Part shown: positions 57,571-64,000 of the stretch, one piece after another
Position numbering within the stretch: position 1 is the stretch's first letter
Layout of the letters: every line of letters begins with the position of its first letter
Source: Ignavibacteriales bacterium
GTDB lineage: Bacteria > Bacteroidota > Ignavibacteria > UBA10030
Direction of reading: 5' to 3'
Length of the DNA: 64,000 nt
Assembly: GCA_026390585.1 (NCBI GenBank)
Contig: JAPLFP010000360.1
Location: 1,483-65,482 of the forward strand
Program-made: the position numbers and the translations under genes
Notes under the pieces: model-generated
Told to the model about the DNA's origin: nothing
Database searches by the model: none
What the model saw: the letters and a program-made list of their open reading frames with translations, nothing else

Positions 57571-58686
57571 ATGAAATTCACGGTTTCGAGCAACGAGTTA
57601 CAAAAAGCCTTGGCGAAGGTCAGCGGTGTTGTTCCCTCGAAGTCAACTCTCCCCATCCTCGAAAATATTCTTTTCAAACTTTCAAAGAACACCCTCCAAC
57701 TCGCAGCGACGGATCTTGAAGTATCAATGGCTGCATCACTCGATGTGAAGGGGAGTGATGATGGATCAATTGCGGTGCCGGCTAAACGTCTGATGGAGAC
57801 AATACGAGCACTGCCGGATATTCAACTTCTCTTCAATGCTGACGTTGCATCCAACAAGGTTCGGATGATTACGGACATGGGTGAATATGTGTTGATGGGA
57901 GAGTCGAGTGAAGAGTTTCCGACAATACCACAAGTAAAGGGCGAAGAAAAAATCACATTAAGTGGTGAGATGCTGAAAAATTTAATTCATCGCACACTAT
58001 TTGCAGTGAGCAGCGATGAACTCAGGCCAGCCATGACCGGCGTACTTCTCCAGATGAAGGACGGTGATCTGCGAGCCGTTGCGACCGATGGCCACCGGCT
58101 GGTACGTATTCAGTATACAGGATTAAAACAACCAAAACTGCAGTGGAACATTATCGTACCCGCCAAGGCACTGAATCTAGTTTCGCGCTCAGTGGAGAAC
58201 GAAATGAACACAATGTCTGTCGACGGTACGCACGTACAATTCACTTTTGGGACGACAACGCTGACGTCGCGCGTAATTGAAGAAAGCTATCCAAACTACG
58301 AATCTGTTATCCCGTTGGATAATGATAAGAAACTGGCCGTCGGAAGAGACCTTCTCCTTGCTGCGGTTCGCCGCGTAGCTCTTTACTCAAGTTCCACAAC
58401 ACATCAGGTCCGATGCTCATTGCGCAAGAACGAGCTGAGGGTCATGGCGGAAGACATTGATTTCGGTGGTGAAGCAAAGGAGAAAGTTCCCTGTGATTAT
58501 AGCGGCGAGGAGTTGGAAATAGGCTTCAACTCAACCTATTTGATAGATATCCTCTCGCATCTCGACGGCGAGGAGGCTGAATTTAAACTCGGGACCTCTG
58601 TCCGCGCTGCGATTATTACACCAGCGCATCAGCGAGCAAGTGAAGACGTCCTCATGCTTGTCATGCCCATGCGGTTGAACACATAG
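57571..58686 (+). CDS. dnaN: DNA polymerase III beta clamp
   Basis: LPILEN, ATDLE, RPAMTG, VATDGHRL, YPNY, IGFN, LVMPMR. Confidence 0.98.
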   Translation: MKFTVSSNELQKALAKVSGVVPSKSTLPILENILFKLSKNTLQLAATDLEVSMAASLDVKGSDDGSIAVPAKRLMETIRALPDIQLLFNADVASNKVRMITDMGEYVLMGESSEEFPTIPQVKGEEKITLSGEMLKNLIHRTLFAVSSDELRPAMTGVLLQMKDGDLRAVATDGHRLVRIQYTGLKQPKLQWNIIVPAKALNLVSRSVENEMNTMSVDGTHVQFTFGTTTLTSRVIEESYPNYESVIPLDNDKKLAVGRDLLLAAVRRVALYSSSTTHQVRCSLRKNELRVMAEDIDFGGEAKEKVPCDYSGEELEIGFNSTYLIDILSHLDGEEAEFKLGTSVRAAIITPAHQRASEDVLMLVMPMRLNT

Positions 58687-58777
58687 GCGTACGTGACCGT
58701 GCGACAGATTTTATGAAGGTAGCCCCATCTCGCAGAACGGGAGCGGGGCTATCGCATTGTAAGCGCCATCAGGGAAC

Positions 58778-59929
58778 GTGAAGATCCGCGAAATCCACGT
58801 ACACAAATTCCGCAATCACGCACAAACCGATGCCATTTTTGGCGAGCGTGTCAACGCGTTGCTGGGTCAAAACGGCGAGGGCAAAACAAATTTGCTCGAA
58901 GCCATCTCATACCTATGCCTGACAAAGAGTTTCTTTGGCAGCACAGATGGTATTGTAATGCAAATTGGCGAAGAACGGTTTGAGGTTTCCGGAGAACTTG
59001 AAGGGGACACGGGAATTCGGTACCACGTTGCTGTGGCCTATGAACACGCAGACAATGAAAAAGAGTTTTTCATCAACAGGACGCGCGTAGAGAAGTTTTC
59101 TGATGTTGTGGGACAGTTTCCGGTGGTTGTGCTTTCGCCTGAGTCGGGAGCTATTACAACTGGCGGGCCGGCAGACCGTCGCCGATTTTTGGATTTTGTG
59201 ATCTCACAAGCCAGCAAGGTGTATCTAGAAGATCTCCTGGAGTACAGGCGCGTACTGAGGCAACGCAACAAGGTGCTTTTCGACAGCAAGGCGTCACGAA
59301 CGGACGCATCTGACCTATTGGAACCGTGGAACGAGGAACTCGTCGATCGGGGGGTGCGGATCGTGCATCGGCGGAACCTGTTTCTTGAAGAACTTCAGCC
59401 GATGGTTGCAGAGTCCTATGGGTCGATTGCGGGGAGAGTTGAAAACCCAATGATGAGGTATGAATCGTCGGTGGGTAGCGAAGAACTGGCGTCGGAGGAA
59501 GCAATCAGACAGGCATTTCTCAAGGAGCTGAAACGGAAAGCGGGTGAGGAGAAGAGATTTGGTATAACATTGGTCGGTCCACACCGCGACGAACTGTTGC
59601 TTGAAATTAACAACCTGGGCGTTCGTTCTCACGCATCGCAGGGGCAACACAAGACATTTCTCATCGCATTGAAGGTTGCGGAGTTTCTCTACCTGCAGAG
59701 TAAGCGTAACGAAAGACCGATTTTACTGCTTGATGATATTTTTACAGAACTTGATGAGCAACGAGCAGAAAAGCTGCTCGTCCTGACGGGGTCGGTCGGG
59801 CAGTCGTTTATTACAACAACCAGCGGAAGCGTCTTTCCGCCGGACTTCAATTGGGCAAGCGAAAACAAGCGGTTTGTTGTGCACGGAGGAACAGTAGAAT
59901 ATGAAGGCGCGCGGGTCCTCACGCACTAA
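58778..59929 (+). CDS. recF: DNA replication/repair protein RecF
   Basis: FRNH, GQNGEGKTNLLEAI, RRRFLD, GPHRD, SQGQ, LLDD. Confidence 0.97.
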   Translation: MKIREIHVHKFRNHAQTDAIFGERVNALLGQNGEGKTNLLEAISYLCLTKSFFGSTDGIVMQIGEERFEVSGELEGDTGIRYHVAVAYEHADNEKEFFINRTRVEKFSDVVGQFPVVVLSPESGAITTGGPADRRRFLDFVISQASKVYLEDLLEYRRVLRQRNKVLFDSKASRTDASDLLEPWNEELVDRGVRIVHRRNLFLEELQPMVAESYGSIAGRVENPMMRYESSVGSEELASEEAIRQAFLKELKRKAGEEKRFGITLVGPHRDELLLEINNLGVRSHASQGQHKTFLIALKVAEFLYLQSKRNERPILLLDDIFTELDEQRAEKLLVLTGSVGQSFITTTSGSVFPPDFNWASENKRFVVHGGTVEYEGARVLTH

Positions 59930-60200
59930 GTCTGTGGGCGACGCGATTGAGGAGCTTGTCGCGCAGCTAGGCATTAAGAAAAAACTCCACGAACAGGACG
60001 CGTTCGTGGTTTGGGATCAGGCGGTTGGGGAGCGCATAGCAAAGGTTGCGACACCGACGCGCATGCTGCGGGGAACACTTATTGTGAGCGTGAAGTCTGG
60101 TGCATGGCGGAACGAACTGAGCATGAGGAAGCAAGAGATCATTCGTCGGATCAACGAACTCGTGGGCGACGAAATCTTGAAAGACATCAAATTTCAATAG
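59901..60200 (+). CDS. dciA: DUF721/DciA family protein
   Basis: W..AVG..IA, G.L.V.V.S.AW..EL...K..II.RIN, I.F; recF-gyrB position. Confidence 0.8.
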   Translation: MKARGSSRTKSVGDAIEELVAQLGIKKKLHEQDAFVVWDQAVGERIAKVATPTRMLRGTLIVSVKSGAWRNELSMRKQEIIRRINELVGDEILKDIKFQ

Positions 60201-62297
<2,097 letters not shown>

Positions 62298-62342
62298 CAG
62301 GAACGAAACGCGGGTCGTAGAACAGTTCAAACAGGAAGACGA

Positions 62343-64000
62343 ATGGCGAATTCGAACGAGAAAATCGTACCGGTAGATATCGAAGAAGAAATGAAAGGCT
62401 CGTACATCGATTATTCGATGTCAGTCATTGTTGCCCGCGCGCTGCCCGATGTGCGTGATGGCTTGAAGCCGGTTCACCGCCGCGTGTTGTATGGAATGCA
62501 GGACCTTGGCCTGGCGAGCAACAGGGCGTACAAAAAAAGTGCACGCATTGTTGGAGAGGTTCTCGGTAAGTACCATCCGCACGGCGATTCAGCTGTGTAT
62601 GATAGCATGGTGCGCATGGTGCAGGATTTCTCTTTGAGGTATCCGCTTGTCGACGGACAGGGTAATTTTGGCTCGGTTGACGGCGACTCGCCGGCAGCGA
62701 TGAGGTATACGGAGGCGCGGCTCTCGAAAATTGCAGAAGAGATGCTGAGGGATCTTGAAAAGAACACAGCGGATTTTACACCGAACTTCGATGATACACT
62801 GAAAGAACCGTCGGTTCTCCCGGCATTGTTTCCAAATCTCCTCTGCAACGGGGCGAGCGGCATCGCTGTTGGCATGGCAACAAACATTCCGCCCCACAAC
62901 CTGAATGAAGTTATTGACGCGTGTATCGGCCATATCAAAGACGCGGAGATCACCAATGCGCAGCTGATGAAGCACGTTCTTGCCCCCGACTTTCCAACCG
63001 GCGGCATCATCTATGGATACCGCGATGCAAACGCAGAGGTTGTGTTGAACAATCTCTACAAGCACACGCAGATGCAGACCACGTTCGGCATCATTATGTT
63101 GTCGCTAGTGGAAGGTCGTCCGCGCATCCTGACCCTCAAGGAAATGATCCAGAAATTTGTCGAACATAGGAATGAGGTTGTTGTTCGCCGCTCGAAATTT
63201 GAATTGGACGAGGCTGAAAAGAGAGCCCATATCCTCGAGGGGTACATCATCGCCCTCGACAACATCGACGCCGTCATCAGGCTTATCAAACAATCCAAGG
63301 ATGTCGATGCGGCGAGACTGGGGTTGATGAAGAAGTTCAAACTCTCCGAGATCCAGGCGAAAGCAATCCTTGATATGCGGTTGCAGAAGCTCACGGGCTT
63401 GGAGCGAAAGAAGGTTGAGGCGGAATACCGGGAAACGATCAAACTGATCGAGCGATTGAAGGCGATTTTGAAGAGCAAGCAATTGCAGATGAAGATCATC
63501 GAAGAAGAGCTGCTTGAACTGAAGAAGAAATACGGTGATGAGCGACGGACGGAAATTGTATATAAGGCGGAAGAGTTCAGCATCGAAGATATGATTGCCG
63601 AGGAAGAGGTGGTGATCACCATCAGCCACCAGGGCTTCATCAAGAGGTTCCCGGTGTCGGGGTACCGGCGACAGTCTCGGGGCGGAAAGGGCGTCACGGG
63701 TGCCGCGACGAAAGAGGACGATTTCCTCGAACACATGTTTGTGGCGAGCACTCACAACTACATTCTCTTCTTTACCAATGCGGGTCGTTGCTACTGGCTC
63801 AAGGTGTTCGAGATTCCGGAAGCCGGCAGGATGGCGAAAGGAAAACCGATCAACTCACTGATCGGCAAAGCTGATGGCGAAACCATCAACGCATTCATCA
63901 CCGCGAAAGAGTTCGACGACCAGCACTATGTCTTCATGGTGACAGAGCTCGGCCTCGTGAAGAAGGTACTCCTGTCCGAATTTAGCAACCCCCGGAAGAG
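62343..64000 (+). CDS. gyrA: DNA gyrase subunit A (runs off window end; apparent internal in-frame deletion at 63020/63021)
   Basis: Manual translation: [57 protein letters not shown] GyrA box; not in ORF track. Confidence 0.95.
   Translation, partial: MANSNEKIVPVDIEEEMKGSYIDYSMSVIVARALPDVRDGLKPVHRRVLYGMQDLGLASNRAYKKSARIVGEVLGKYHPHGDSAVYDSMVRMVQDFSLRYPLVDGQGNFGSVDGDSPAAMRYTEARLSKIAEEMLRDLEKNTADFTPNFDDTLKEPSVLPALFPNLLCNGASGIAVGMATNIPPHNLNEVIDACIGHIKDAEITNAQLMKHVLAPDFPTGGIIYGYRDANAEVVLNNLYKHTQMQTTFGIIMLSLVEGRPRILTLKEMIQKFVEHRNEVVVRRSKFELDEAEKRAHILEGYIIALDNIDAVIRLIKQSKDVDAARLGLMKKFKLSEIQAKAILDMRLQKLTGLERKKVEAEYRETIKLIERLKAILKSKQLQMKIIEEELLELKKKYGDERRTEIVYKAEEFSIEDMIAEEEVVITISHQGFIKRFPVSGYRRQSRGGKGVTGAATKEDDFLEHMFVASTHNYILFFTNAGRCYWLKVFEIPEAGRMAKGKPINSLIGKADGETINAFITAKEFDDQHYVFMVTELGLVKKVLLSEFSNPRK

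Noticed and set aside
58720-58751. TAGCCCC...GGGGCTA hairpin between dnaN and recF as a terminator
   Set aside because: No U-tract and an imperfect stem; at most a stabilising stem.

Overview
A 64-kb bacterial chromosome segment spanning the replication origin. Gene content (PorV/UPF0164-like barrel, DUF2851, DUF2461), sigma70-type -35/-10 promoters and Shine-Dalgarno sites suggest an FCB-group organism, probably Ignavibacteria-like (inference). Right part: classic oriC neighbourhood, murQ-rsmG-mnmG-mnmE-yidC-yidD-rnpA-rpmH <> dnaA-dnaN-recF-dciA-gyrB-gyrA, with DnaA boxes on both sides of dnaA and two parS-like palindromes. Left part: ldcA-like peptidase, purN-purH, an mreB-mreC-mreD-mrdA-rodA cluster split by an inserted thrABC operon, pyrF, and dxr-rseP. 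Two accessory modules stand out. (1) A transporter-less peptide-maturation cluster (34.4-38.3 kb): a CPHC thioredoxin-like protein, a standalone membrane-anchored C39 peptidase, a 103-aa precursor with both an N-terminal signal-like segment and an internal double-glycine-type site before a 4-Cys core, a secreted protein and a Yip1-like protein, behind a promoter with 21-bp-periodic direct repeats. (2) A four-gene trans-envelope cAMP module (24-31 kb): secreted Ig-like protein, FecR-domain protein, outer-membrane barrel sharing a domain with it, and a CHASE2 adenylate cyclase, preceded by a CRP-like box. Also seen: an apparent ~80-codon in-frame deletion in gyrA, a second apparent in-frame deletion at 18.56 kb, an A9 slippage site in dnaX and two decayed genes. 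No rRNA, tRNA, CRISPR array or transposase was recognised. All family calls come from motif recognition by eye, not database searches.
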